DNA of 64,000 nt from an uncultured Planctomycetaceae bacterium (GTDB lineage Bacteria; Planctomycetota; Planctomycetia; Isosphaerales; Isosphaeraceae): assembly GCA_963833985.1 (NCBI GenBank), contig CAWIAD010000002.1, positions 1,216,001 through 1,280,000 on the forward strand, read 5' to 3'. Shown here one piece after another: positions 22,647 to 32,755 of this stretch. The first letter of the stretch is position 1. The number at the start of each line of letters is the position of its first letter. Position numbers and translations under genes: made by a program. The notes beneath the pieces were generated by a model that saw nothing but the letters and a program-made list of their open reading frames with translations, was not told the origin of the DNA and did no database searches.

Positions 22647-23825
22647 ATGCGAGTGAAGACACTACCGATCTTTCTGGCGTTCTTCCTGATGGGCCTGGCC
22701 GACGCCATGGGACCGAACGCCGAGAAGATGAAAACGGCCTACGAGCTGAGCAACTGGCAGTCGACGCTGGTCTCGTTCTCGGTGTTCATCGCGTTCGCCG
22801 TGTGCAGCGTTCCCGGCGGCGTCCTGGCGGCTCGCATCGGCAAGAAAAGGCTGTTGTTGCTGGGCCTGGGGCTGAACGCGCTGGCGCTGGTGCTGCCGTC
22901 GATCCTGGCACCCCCGTTCATGGTCGTGCTCGGGTGCATCTTCTTGCTCGGCGTGGGGACGACCTTCCTTCAGGTCGCAGGCAACCCCATCATGAGGGAC
23001 GTGAGCCCCGAGGGCGCGTACAGCCGGAACCTGGCCCTGGCCCAGGGCATCAAGGGCCTTGGCAGCGCGGCTTCCACCTACATCGTGCTGGCCATCAGCT
23101 CTCTTGCCTTTTTTCACAGCATGAACTGGCGCGGCGCCTTTCCCCTGTTTTGCGTGCTGATGACGCTGGCCTTCGTTGCCGTGCTCTTCTTGAAGGTCGA
23201 GGAAACCAGGGTGGAAGAGCCGCCGAGCATTGGCTCGAGCCTGGCGCTGCTTGGCGAGCCGATCTTCCTGCTGGCCGTCGTCGGCATCTTCCTCTATGTG
23301 GGGGCCGAGGCGTCGATGGGGCGGTTCCTGCAACCGACCCTCCAGGGTTTCGGCCTGGACATGGACACCGCCGCTTTCTGGGGCCCCACCGTTTTCTTCC
23401 TGACGTTGACCGTGGGCCGGCTGCTGGGAAGCGCCTTGCTGACCGTCATGTCACCGCGGACCTGCTTCCGAGGGTCTGCCTTGCTGGGCGTTCTGGGGGC
23501 GGCCGCCCTGATGAGCGGGTCGAAGTGGCTCTCCATGGCCGGCGTGCTGGCGGCGGGTCTGGGCTTCGCCAACATCTGGCCGATGCTCTTTTCGATCACG
23601 GTGGAGGAGAGACCCGACCGCGCCAACGAGCTGAGCGGCCTGATGTGCATGGCCATCTCGGGTGGCGCCATTGTGCCCCTGGTGATGGGCGGCCTGCTGG
23701 ACCTGAAGCTCGGAGCGCTGGCTTATATCGTCCCCACCGGCTGTTTCGCGTACCTGCTGCTGCTGTCGCTGCGCGGTGGTAATCCGGCGCCCGCGGCTGC
23801 CCCGGAACCCGCGCAAGCGGTGTGA
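22647..23825 (+). CDS. MFS sugar transporter (FucP/GluP-like)
   Basis: About 12 TM helices; LQVAGNP, GIFLYVGAE, MAISGGAIVP. Confidence 0.9.
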   Translation: MRVKTLPIFLAFFLMGLADAMGPNAEKMKTAYELSNWQSTLVSFSVFIAFAVCSVPGGVLAARIGKKRLLLLGLGLNALALVLPSILAPPFMVVLGCIFLLGVGTTFLQVAGNPIMRDVSPEGAYSRNLALAQGIKGLGSAASTYIVLAISSLAFFHSMNWRGAFPLFCVLMTLAFVAVLFLKVEETRVEEPPSIGSSLALLGEPIFLLAVVGIFLYVGAEASMGRFLQPTLQGFGLDMDTAAFWGPTVFFLTLTVGRLLGSALLTVMSPRTCFRGSALLGVLGAAALMSGSKWLSMAGVLAAGLGFANIWPMLFSITVEERPDRANELSGLMCMAISGGAIVPLVMGGLLDLKLGALAYIVPTGCFAYLLLLSLRGGNPAPAAAPEPAQAV

Positions 23826-23841
23826 GCTCACGGAGACCTTC

Positions 23842-24957
23842 ATGAGCCAGAGTAACGACCGTCGCGTCGTCATGACTCTCGACGCCGGCGGGACCAACTT
23901 CCGGTTCTGCGGCATGCAGGGGCAGAAGCCGGTGACCGAGACCGTCGCGCTGCCGTCGGACGGCGATCGACTGGATCAGTGCCTGTCGAACATCGCCCTG
24001 GGCTTCGCGCGCACCAGGGACCTCTGCCCCGAGCCGCCCGTTGCCATCAGCTTCGCCTTCCCCGCACCGGCCGACTACCCGGCCGGCATCATCGGCGACC
24101 TGCTGAACCTGCCCGGCTTCCGCGGGGGCGTGGCCCTGGGGCCCATGCTCGAGGACCGGTTCCAGGTCCCCGTCTTCATCAACAATGACGGCGACCTCTT
24201 CGTTTACGGCGAGGCCATCGCCGGTTTCCTGCCCTACGTCAACGGCATGCTGGAACAGGCGGGGAGTCCCAAGCGGTACAGGAACCTGTTCGGCGTGACG
24301 CTTGGCACCGGCTTCGGCGGCGGGATTGTCCGCAACGGCGAGCTGTTCATTGGCGACAATTCCATGGCCGGAGAGGTCTGGCTGCTGCGGAACAAGCGGG
24401 ACCCCGCGATGAACGCCGAGGAGGGGGCGAGCATCCGCGCGGTGCGGCGCGTGTTCGCCGAGCAGTCGGGTATCCCATTCGAGCAGGCACCGGAGCCAAG
24501 GGTGATTTTCGAGATCGGCATGGGTCATGCGCCGGGTGACCGTGCGGCCGCTGTCGAGGCGTTCCGCCAGATGGGCGAGGTCGTCGGCGATGCGATGGCC
24601 AACGCGCTGACGCTCACCGACAGCCTGGCGGTCATCGGCGGCGGCGTCGCGGGTGCCTGGCCGCTCTTCCTGCCGGCGGTCGTGAATGAACTCAACAGCA
24701 CGTACACGGGCCTCGATGGTCGTCACTTCAGCCGGCTGGCAGCCCGGGCCTTCAATCTTGAAGATGCGGACCAGCGGGAAAAGCTCCTGAAGGGAGACGT
24801 ACGCCAGATCACAGTCCCCGGCGGAACCCGCACGTTGCAGTACGATCCGCTGCCGCGCATTGGCATCGGTATGACACGCCTTGGCACGAGCGAGGCCGTC
24901 GCTGTGGGCGCGTGCGCCTTCGCCCTGCGCCAGCTCGACCAGCGCGGGCCGCGGTGA
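23842..24957 (+). CDS. ROK family sugar kinase
   Basis: TLDAGGTN, PVFINNDG, TLGTGFGGG, AGEVW, VIGGG. Confidence 0.9.
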   Translation: MSQSNDRRVVMTLDAGGTNFRFCGMQGQKPVTETVALPSDGDRLDQCLSNIALGFARTRDLCPEPPVAISFAFPAPADYPAGIIGDLLNLPGFRGGVALGPMLEDRFQVPVFINNDGDLFVYGEAIAGFLPYVNGMLEQAGSPKRYRNLFGVTLGTGFGGGIVRNGELFIGDNSMAGEVWLLRNKRDPAMNAEEGASIRAVRRVFAEQSGIPFEQAPEPRVIFEIGMGHAPGDRAAAVEAFRQMGEVVGDAMANALTLTDSLAVIGGGVAGAWPLFLPAVVNELNSTYTGLDGRHFSRLAARAFNLEDADQREKLLKGDVRQITVPGGTRTLQYDPLPRIGIGMTRLGTSEAVAVGACAFALRQLDQRGPR

Positions 24958-25013
24958 GAAATCAACACTTTTCTGAGGCTCGTCATCCACGAGCAGCCCT
25001 TGAGGAACAAATC

Positions 25014-27281
25014 ATGACACGCCTCGCCGACAAGACCGCTGGTATCGTTGGTATTGCCCTGTTCCTGCTTTCGACAGCGTGCCTGGGTGCGAGCCCGGCC
25101 GACCACGTCAAGCCGCTGATCGGCACCGACGGCCACGGGCACGTCTTCCCCGGCCCGACGCTCCCCTTCGGCATGATGCAGCTTTCGCCGGACACGCGCG
25201 ACGAATCCTGGGATGGCTGCTCCGGCTATCACTATTCCGATACCAGCATCCTCGGGTTCTCCCACAACCACCTGAGCGGCACAGGGTGTGGAGACCTGGG
25301 CAACGTGCTGCTCATGCCGACCGTCGGGGCACTGAAGCTTGAGGCCGGCAGCAAGCCCGGCGAGGGCTATCGCGCCGCCTTCTCTCACGACCAGGAGGAA
25401 GCCCGCCCGGGCTACTACCGGGTACTGCTGCCAAAATTAAAGATCAACGTCGAGCTGACCGCCACGCTGCGCGCGGGCCTGCACCGCTACACCTTCCCGC
25501 AAACCGACGATGCACACGTCATCCTGGACCTCTGGCACGGCATCAGCAATCGCCCGACCTCTTCGCAGATCACCATCGCCGACGACCATACCGTGACCGG
25601 ATTCCGCCGTAGCGACGGTTGGGGTGGCGACAAGGTCTTCTACTTCGTCATCGAGTTCTCACGCCCGTTCGACAGCGCCGGCCTGGCATCCGACCACAAG
25701 CCCACAGAGGGCAAGCAAGCCACGGGCCGGAACCTGCAAGCTCATTTCGACTTCAAGACCCGGGCCGGCGAGGCGATCCTGGCCAGGGCCGCACTCTCGA
25801 CGGTGAGCGTCGAGGGAGCCCGCAAGAATCTTCAGGCCGAGCTGCCCGGCTGGGATTTCGACGCCGTCGCCGTGGCCGCCCGGACTGCCTGGGACCGTGT
25901 CCTCGGCGCCGTTCAGGTTGAGTCCAGCGATCACAACTTCAAGGAAACCTTTTACACGGCCGTCTACCACACCTTGGTGGCTCCCACGGTCCTGAACGAC
26001 GTTGACGGCCAGGTCCGCGGCCCCGATGGCCGGGTGCACGCCGTCAAGGGGTTCGACTATTACACCGAGCTGTCGTTCTGGGACACGTTCCGCGCCGAGC
26101 ACCCGCTCTTGACCCTGGTGCAGCCGAACCGCGTCAACGACTTCGTGAAGACTTGCCTGGCACACTACCGGTTCACGAGCCCGGACGCCCGCTACTTGCC
26201 GGTCTGGGCCAACGGCGGCAAGGAGACCAACTGCATGATCGGCAACCACTCGATCCCCGTGATTGCCGATGCCTACCTCAAGGGCTTCCGCGATTGGGAC
26301 GCCGGCGAGGCCCTGGCCGACATGATCGCCACCACCAGCCTGAACCGCGAATTCCTCGATTCCTACCGGGACAAGGGCTACGTGGTGCAGCGGAAGGACG
26401 AACAGAGCGCCGCCAAGACGCTGGAATACTGTTACGACGATATCTGTATCGCACGGATGGCCCGCGCGATGGGGAAGACCGAGGTGGCCAGGGCGTATGA
26501 AAAGCGGGCGGGGAACTGGCAGAACGTCCTGGATCGGGAGACAGGCTTCATGCGGAGCCGCGATGCCGCAGGCGCCTGGGTCCGGCCCTTCGATCCAAAA
26601 CGGATCGACATGTCCAGCTATACTGAGGCCAACGCCTGGCACTACGAGTTCTTCGTCCCGCACCAGGTTCCCAGCCTGATCGAGAAGCTCGGCGGCGACG
26701 CCAGGTTCCTCGCGAGGCTGGACGAGATGTTCGACCCCGACCAGAAGATCCCCAACTCTCTGCAAGACATCACCGGCGTCATCGGCATGTACTCGCACGG
26801 GAACGAGCCGTGCCACCACGTCGCCTACCTTTACAACTATGCGGGCCAGGCCTGGAAGACGCAGACCCTGGTGCGTCATGTGGCCGACACGCTGTACAAC
26901 AACACCAGCGCGGGCATCTGCGGCAACGACGATTGCGGTCAGACGTCGGCCTGGTTCGTCTTCACCGCCCTGGGATTCTACCCGGTCGACCCGGCCGACG
27001 GCGTCTATGTCATCGGCAGCCCGCTGGCCGACCAGGTCACGCTCAAACTGGACCCCGGCTACTACAAGGGCGGCAAGTTCACGGTCGTCGCCAGGGACAA
27101 CTCGCCCCGGAATGTGTACATCCAGTCGGCAACGCTCGACGGGCGGCCGTACACGCGGAGCTGGATCACTCACAATCAGATCGTCGCCGGCGGTACGCTG
27201 GAGTTGCAAATGGGCCCGAACCCCAACAAGAGCTGGGGCACCGCGCGTGAGGATCGGCCGGGCGTCTCTGGACAGCCGTGA
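25014..27281 (+). CDS. Alpha-1,2-mannosidase, glycoside hydrolase family 92
   Basis: PFGMMQLSPDT, GFSHNHLSGTG, WDTFRA, TLEYCYDD, EANAWHY, HGNEP, GNDDCGQ; signal peptide. Confidence 0.93.
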   Translation: MTRLADKTAGIVGIALFLLSTACLGASPADHVKPLIGTDGHGHVFPGPTLPFGMMQLSPDTRDESWDGCSGYHYSDTSILGFSHNHLSGTGCGDLGNVLLMPTVGALKLEAGSKPGEGYRAAFSHDQEEARPGYYRVLLPKLKINVELTATLRAGLHRYTFPQTDDAHVILDLWHGISNRPTSSQITIADDHTVTGFRRSDGWGGDKVFYFVIEFSRPFDSAGLASDHKPTEGKQATGRNLQAHFDFKTRAGEAILARAALSTVSVEGARKNLQAELPGWDFDAVAVAARTAWDRVLGAVQVESSDHNFKETFYTAVYHTLVAPTVLNDVDGQVRGPDGRVHAVKGFDYYTELSFWDTFRAEHPLLTLVQPNRVNDFVKTCLAHYRFTSPDARYLPVWANGGKETNCMIGNHSIPVIADAYLKGFRDWDAGEALADMIATTSLNREFLDSYRDKGYVVQRKDEQSAAKTLEYCYDDICIARMARAMGKTEVARAYEKRAGNWQNVLDRETGFMRSRDAAGAWVRPFDPKRIDMSSYTEANAWHYEFFVPHQVPSLIEKLGGDARFLARLDEMFDPDQKIPNSLQDITGVIGMYSHGNEPCHHVAYLYNYAGQAWKTQTLVRHVADTLYNNTSAGICGNDDCGQTSAWFVFTALGFYPVDPADGVYVIGSPLADQVTLKLDPGYYKGGKFTVVARDNSPRNVYIQSATLDGRPYTRSWITHNQIVAGGTLELQMGPNPNKSWGTAREDRPGVSGQP

Positions 27282-27636
27282 CGAGCGGTAAGGCGTCAGG
27301 GCGAAGGCAAGAAATGCCTGTTGGGCCGGTGGTTCATCACCGTTTACTTATGGGGGATCGGCCCCCGGCGATGCTGAACCCCGGTAGCCGTTCCCTCAAC
27401 TCCCTGGTTCACCCATTGACACCGGCCAGGAGAGGACGTCTACTCTTTCGGTGCTCGAGGGCGCAGGTTGTGTCGAGTCGAAGGCTCTTCATTCTCACGT
27501 CCGGCGCGGCGCATGCCTGAAATCGTCGCATCGATTCGTCTGCATCGGATACGAAACCTTCATCGTTCGCGAAGATCCTGGCGCCGGCTCTGACCTATCT
27601 ACCGGCCGGGCTGAGAAGTTCTACAGGGAGCGGCCC

Positions 27637-29046
27637 TTGGCTTTTCCAGAGAAGGCGGCTGCGAGCCCTTTGGCAGAGAGTGATCAGCCCAGCGAACTGG
27701 TCCGTACCCCACTCCCTGGACCTTTGGGCAGCATGCTCCTCGAGCGGATGAAGACGCATCCTTGCCTGGCCGGCTATACGGATCCGATGCAGGCATCAGA
27801 GCGGGTCTTCCTGGCGAGCCAGCATGATGGTTATCTCTGGGATGTGGATGGGAATCGGTTCATCGACTTCGCCTCGGGCTGGGCGACGAACAACGTCGGG
27901 CACGCCCCGGCGGAGATTGTTGACGCTGCGTCCTCGGCATTACGCGAGCTGGGAGCGGTTTGTTGCACCCCGGGATTCGTGCCCTTCATCCGTTATGAAT
28001 TCGCGGAGAGGCTCCTCACGACCTTCCCCGCCCACCTGCGGCGCGTGGCCCTCTGTGCGACCGGAAGCGAGGCCGTGGAGGCGGCGACGAGATTCATGCG
28101 CGCCGCGACCGGGCGGCCGAATGTGCTGACCACCTACACCAACTTCCACGGGTTCTCCTATGCGGGACTGGCCGCGGGTCCATTCCATGCCCCGTGGCGC
28201 GACACGGCCACGCAGGCGATTCCCTTCTATCTTTACACGCCCTACGCCACCTGCGGGCGTTGTCCGCACCGACTCGATTACCCCTCGTGCGATCTCTGGT
28301 GCGTGCAAGCCATCGAGGAGTATCTGCTGCGTCACCAGGCCGCACCGGAGACCGTCGCCGGGATGATCGTGGAACCGGTGCAAGGTGAGGCCGGAGTCTG
28401 GGTGCCGCCCAGGGAGTATCTGCCCCGGCTGGAGAAACTCTGCCGGAAGTATGGCTGGCTCATGTGCGTCGACGAGGTGGAATGCGGGTTCGGGCGCTGC
28501 GGACGGATGTGGGCGTTCGAGTCGAGTGGCATCTTGCCCGATCTGGTAATCGTCGGCAAGGGCATCGGCGGGAGTCTGCTGCCGCTGGCGGCAGTCGTGG
28601 GGACGCCGGAGGTCATGGACCGAAGGGTCGTCTGGGGTAGCACCTACGCAGGCCAGCCGGCCGCCTGCGTGGCAGCCATCAAGGCCCTGGAGCGACTTCA
28701 GCGCGACGGCCTCGTGGAACGGTCCGCCCGGCTCGGCGCCGCCGGACTGGAGCGGCTTGGACGCTTGTGCGAGAGCAGCACCATCGTGGGCGCGGCCCGG
28801 GGGCAGGGGCTATTCCTGGGGCTGGAGCTGGTCAACGATCGCACCGGCAACATTCCCTCGCCGGAACTGGCACATCGGGTTTATGACGAGTGCCTCTCTC
28901 GTGGCCTGTGCCTGCTCTTTCTGTCCGTGACTCCCACCGTGCGTGTGGCACCTCCCCTGGATATCCCCGAAGATTTATTCTTCCGGGGTCTGGGCATCAT
29001 CGAGAACGTTATCCAAAACCTGCTTCCCGACGCGTATCATTCATGA
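27637..29046 (+). CDS. Class III PLP-dependent aminotransferase (GabT-like)
   Basis: TPLPGP, DVDGNRFIDFASG, TGSEAVE, FHG, VEPVQGEAG, DEVECGFGR, VGKGIGG (PLP Lys). Start placed at a TTG with GGGAG RBS (uncertain). Confidence 0.88.
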   Translation: MAFPEKAAASPLAESDQPSELVRTPLPGPLGSMLLERMKTHPCLAGYTDPMQASERVFLASQHDGYLWDVDGNRFIDFASGWATNNVGHAPAEIVDAASSALRELGAVCCTPGFVPFIRYEFAERLLTTFPAHLRRVALCATGSEAVEAATRFMRAATGRPNVLTTYTNFHGFSYAGLAAGPFHAPWRDTATQAIPFYLYTPYATCGRCPHRLDYPSCDLWCVQAIEEYLLRHQAAPETVAGMIVEPVQGEAGVWVPPREYLPRLEKLCRKYGWLMCVDEVECGFGRCGRMWAFESSGILPDLVIVGKGIGGSLLPLAAVVGTPEVMDRRVVWGSTYAGQPAACVAAIKALERLQRDGLVERSARLGAAGLERLGRLCESSTIVGAARGQGLFLGLELVNDRTGNIPSPELAHRVYDECLSRGLCLLFLSVTPTVRVAPPLDIPEDLFFRGLGIIENVIQNLLPDAYHS

Positions 29047-29429
29047 TCAACCACCCACATAAAGTCGATGTGCTTGGCAGGCATCTGGTTGCCGATCTGA
29101 GTGGGATCAGGCAAACGCTCCTGCTTGATCCGGACGAGATCATGAACGCGCTTGAGCGTGCCGTTTCCTCGGCGGGGTATCATGTCGTTGATCGTCTCAC
29201 ACATGTCTTCAGCGAGTTCGGGTGCGGCTTCACGGGTGTGCTGATCCTGGCCCAGTCCCACGCAATTGTCCACACGTACCCGGAGGCGTGCTACCTGGCC
29301 CTGGACATTTTCGGCTGTGGAACCCATGACCCGCACGTGGTCGTCAATCAACTGATCCATGAATTGGGACCTCAATCAACCTGCTCTCGAGAGCTTGTTC
29401 GAGCGCCTGCCACCAGCGAGTGTTCATAA
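29043..29429 (+). CDS. speD: Pyruvoyl-dependent S-adenosylmethionine decarboxylase-like proenzyme
   Basis: GRHLVADL, GFTGVLILAQSHAIVHTYPE, LDIFGCG; ATGA overlap with the aminotransferase. Confidence 0.8.
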   Translation: MINHPHKVDVLGRHLVADLSGIRQTLLLDPDEIMNALERAVSSAGYHVVDRLTHVFSEFGCGFTGVLILAQSHAIVHTYPEACYLALDIFGCGTHDPHVVVNQLIHELGPQSTCSRELVRAPATSECS

Positions 29430-29458
29430 AGCCTTCTCGCATGGAATCGATCGTCTCG

Positions 29459-31330
29459 TCATTCTTCAAGTTCCATGCAGCAGGGCAGGCTGCCGATCGC
29501 GAACCGACAACCCTCGATGTAGACGAAGTCTGCGCGGAATGGTCTTGGCGGCCAGGGACCGCTCGCCTCGCAGACCTCCTCGCAGAATCCGGCTGAGTCG
29601 GCCGGCCAGTCCCATCGTGCACTCAGCGACGTGAGGGGCGGAACATGCAGCAGGACGGCTGCACCTCTGCGCAACGTCAGTGCCGGATCGATAGCGAATG
29701 ACCGAGGTGTTCGGCGGGTGAACCGGATGGGAGGAAATCCATCCGGCGCATCCTCGACGATCCCGCAACGCACGCAAGACTTCAGTCGTCTCGCCGACGC
29801 GCCCGGGATCCGCATCGAGTACAGTTCGGTGCACAGGGCCTGCCCGCAAACAGGACAGGGAGGACCGTGCGACGAGGTCTCCACCAGCTCGGCCAGCTTC
29901 TGCCAGGCATCGAAAGCGCGGCAGCCCCATGCCGAGAACAGATCCAGCAAGCTGCGGCGCAACTCGGATCTGGCGGCGTCGGCCCCGTCCCCGCAGTCGC
30001 CCCCGAGAAACATTCGCATCTGGAGCGCATCGATACTGCCCATGGCATGGTCGCGTCGCAGCTCCGTCGCAGGGGGCATGCGATTGGACTGGAGCTTGAT
30101 GATCGTCCTGATGAGATCGAGGTCGCCGGAGTCGGATGGGTCGACGGGCGGGACCTCTGGCAGCACGCAGGGCTGATCGGGAGGGACGGCTGACTGCTCC
30201 TGCCTTGGTCCGGGAAGCGGCACGCTGACGAGTGGATCTCCCAGCAGGCAGAAGCGCACGCCGAAGTGTTGCGCCGCGGGCGACCGTAAGAAATGGGTGA
30301 GGGCTGCTCCCACGGGAACTCCCCTGTCGAGGTGATCCGTCAGGTAAGCCGTCATCCGTGGAGACCCGTTGAACAAACCCCATGAAGTTACGACGGCCCC
30401 CAGACGGGGGTTGTTGGCGATGCGCGATGGGAGGGCCCAGGCCTGGTCGACGACCGAGGGCTGCAAGAGAACGCCCCAGCATGTGGCCCAGACGAAGATC
30501 CGCGCGGATAGATCGTCGGGGTCCATGAGCAGCTCGGACTGGAGCACTTCCTCGAGCGGCAAGTCATGCCGGTGGCAAATTCCCGTGACCTGGCAGCCGG
30601 GTGGGCGCAGGGGGTCCGGCCGAGGGGGCGGCCTGCGCATGGGACACAAGGTCAGCTTGCCCAGGAAGGCGTCCATGCCATCGGAATGTGAAAAAACGGA
30701 GAGCACCGCCGGACCACGACCGACCGCGTCCCGCAGTTCGGCGGCCAACGCCCGCGCCCCGAGAATCTCCCGGCCGGAGAAGGTGAACCTGGGCATCTCG
30801 AGTCCCGGGTAGAGCTCGATGGCCCGCGTCGGGGCCGGGCCTGCAAGCACCGCCGCCGCCGAACGAACCAGCACCTGGCCCCGCAGGCTGTCGCGGTCGC
30901 TTGCGAATAAAATACCGGTCGCCGGTTCCACGGGCTCGTCTGGATACAGGGCGTTCATCAATTCCAGGGTAAGTTGATCCGTGGAGGTGATGAGTACGGA
31001 AGGATGAGTCTGCCCGGCAAGCTGGCTTACGCTCTCGATGCTCTGATAGCGCCGGCCCGTGAGGTGAGCGTACAGGTTGCCAAGATCGCTTCCCAGGTGA
31101 TCCAGGTGTAGGCCGACGACGAGCGCGAGGTTTGCCGCGGGCGCGTCGGACCTAAGGTAAGTCTCCCGTTCCTCGCGAAGCTCGGCATGGAAGAGAGACG
31201 CAAGCTGCTTGAGTGACGCGAAGTCAGTCTCATTCTTGAGCGGCCAGACGGGTTCACCGGTACGGTTGACCAGAAGGTCCGTCGCCAGCGTCCATTGGAC
31301 CGGCAAGGCCTGGAGTTTTCGGTGCATCAT
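29459..31330 (-). CDS. Putative clan CD (C25/CHAT-like) cysteine protease with C-terminal zinc-ribbon motifs
   Basis: Strand-His LSVFSHSDG, strand-Cys IFVWATCWG, GAVVTSWG, closing FCLLGDP; CPVCG...CVRCG. Confidence 0.55.
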   Translation of the reverse strand: MMHRKLQALPVQWTLATDLLVNRTGEPVWPLKNETDFASLKQLASLFHAELREERETYLRSDAPAANLALVVGLHLDHLGSDLGNLYAHLTGRRYQSIESVSQLAGQTHPSVLITSTDQLTLELMNALYPDEPVEPATGILFASDRDSLRGQVLVRSAAAVLAGPAPTRAIELYPGLEMPRFTFSGREILGARALAAELRDAVGRGPAVLSVFSHSDGMDAFLGKLTLCPMRRPPPRPDPLRPPGCQVTGICHRHDLPLEEVLQSELLMDPDDLSARIFVWATCWGVLLQPSVVDQAWALPSRIANNPRLGAVVTSWGLFNGSPRMTAYLTDHLDRGVPVGAALTHFLRSPAAQHFGVRFCLLGDPLVSVPLPGPRQEQSAVPPDQPCVLPEVPPVDPSDSGDLDLIRTIIKLQSNRMPPATELRRDHAMGSIDALQMRMFLGGDCGDGADAARSELRRSLLDLFSAWGCRAFDAWQKLAELVETSSHGPPCPVCGQALCTELYSMRIPGASARRLKSCVRCGIVEDAPDGFPPIRFTRRTPRSFAIDPALTLRRGAAVLLHVPPLTSLSARWDWPADSAGFCEEVCEASGPWPPRPFRADFVYIEGCRFAIGSLPCCMELEE

Positions 31331-31942
31331 TGCTGTCCGCTCTCGAATCGGAGGACCTGGACAATGGCGGGCGCCTCACCCGACTACGAGTGCCACCGGC
31401 ACGGTATGATCTCCGTCGAGTGGTCGATCACGGGTCGCTTCGCCCCTTCCGGTCGCCATGCGCACCAGCTCATCGAGGAAATCATCATGCAGGACGGTTC
31501 GATTGTCAAAGTCTTCACCCTGTGCGGAAGCCGGCCGGGGCAGGCCCGATCCTCCGGCTTCACGCCGTCGTCTGCACGATTCTCGAAGCGCAGGCAGACC
31601 CGACGCTGAGAGCGAATGAAGGCGAAAACAAAAAATGCCAGTTCTCGCGTGGCCGTCCTTGACACCTTCATTATGAACCTCGTTCTGTCCGCGACTCGCG
31701 CGTGGCTCCCGAGCCAGCCAGGGAAATCCAGCAGGGACTTGATTTCTTTTGACAATGATTCCAGAACAGGGATGCCAGGGCGTGCCGCGATCACGCGGAG
31801 GCCTGCGCGATGCGGGCGGGATTCGCCACGGCCGTGGGAGTGCCGTCGCAATCTGCTGGTTTGAAGCCGGTCTGGCGGAGTGCATCGGCCAGGACCTGTG
31901 GTTGACCCACTGGAAGACCCTCCTCATGGAGATCCGGCCCCG

Positions 31943-32755
31943 ATGATCACGCGAGAGCAGGTGAATCGCTACAGTGAGCACGGTTACCTTGTCGTACCGA
32001 ACCTTCTGGGCGCGTCTGAGCTGGAGAAGTTGAGAGTCGCGGTGGCCGCTGTGGAACAGGCGGCAAGTGCGCTCGATGCGACCAATGATCGTTTCCAGCT
32101 CGAGGCCGAGCCCTGCGATGGCCGGAAAGTCGCCAACGCAGTCGCCGACCCGATCCTCGATCACCCCGGGTTCTTCGAGGTTCTCAGTCTGCCCCATGTC
32201 CTCGACGTCGTCGCGGGGCTTCTCGGTACGCCGAACGTCAAGCTCCACCACACCAAGCTCTTCATGAAATACCCCGGCTCTCCGTGGTCGATTCACTGGC
32301 ACCAGGATTTCTCGTATCTTCTCCACTGCAATTTTGACCTGCTGGCGGTGATGTTCATGCTCGATGGATCGGACGACGAGAACGGGGGCCTGAAGGTCGT
32401 GCCGGGCTCGCATCGCGAAGGACCGATCGAAGTGACAAATCCCGAGGCAGGCTGGATGATCGACCTGGCGCCCTGGGCCGCCGGACGTCTCGTGGAGTCG
32501 CTCACGGTCCCGCCTGGGGGAGCTTCCATACACCACTGCTGCCTGGTCCATTCCTCCGCCCCCAATCGATCCACGCGTCCGCGCCGGGCGTTCATCGTCG
32601 AATATTCCGCCGCAGACAATTATCCGATCGCGGGCAGGACTGACTACGCTGGCTATGGGACGATGCTCCGCGGTTTGGACCCTCGGAGAGCTCGCTGCAT
32701 CGCGGGAGACTGGCGCATCCCGCCGGCACGCAGCCGAAGTCGACACCGCCAGTGA
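31943..32755 (+). CDS. Phytanoyl-CoA dioxygenase family Fe(II)/2OG oxygenase
   Basis: YSEHGYLVVPNLL, WHQD, ENGGLKVVPGSH, VHSSAPNRS...RR. Confidence 0.9.
   Translation: MITREQVNRYSEHGYLVVPNLLGASELEKLRVAVAAVEQAASALDATNDRFQLEAEPCDGRKVANAVADPILDHPGFFEVLSLPHVLDVVAGLLGTPNVKLHHTKLFMKYPGSPWSIHWHQDFSYLLHCNFDLLAVMFMLDGSDDENGGLKVVPGSHREGPIEVTNPEAGWMIDLAPWAAGRLVESLTVPPGGASIHHCCLVHSSAPNRSTRPRRAFIVEYSAADNYPIAGRTDYAGYGTMLRGLDPRRARCIAGDWRIPPARSRSRHRQ

Noticed and set aside
17125..27209. Long antisense or alternate-frame ORFs (17125-18888 +, 18931-19965 -, 23596-24990 -, 25659-27209 -)
   Set aside because: They are shadow ORFs of well-supported genes in high-GC DNA and carry no motifs.
31295..31662. Plus-strand small ORFs (MAGASPDYECHRHG...) as a second precursor
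   Set aside because: Arg/Ser-rich, no leader/core pattern, and they crowd the start of the divergent protease gene.
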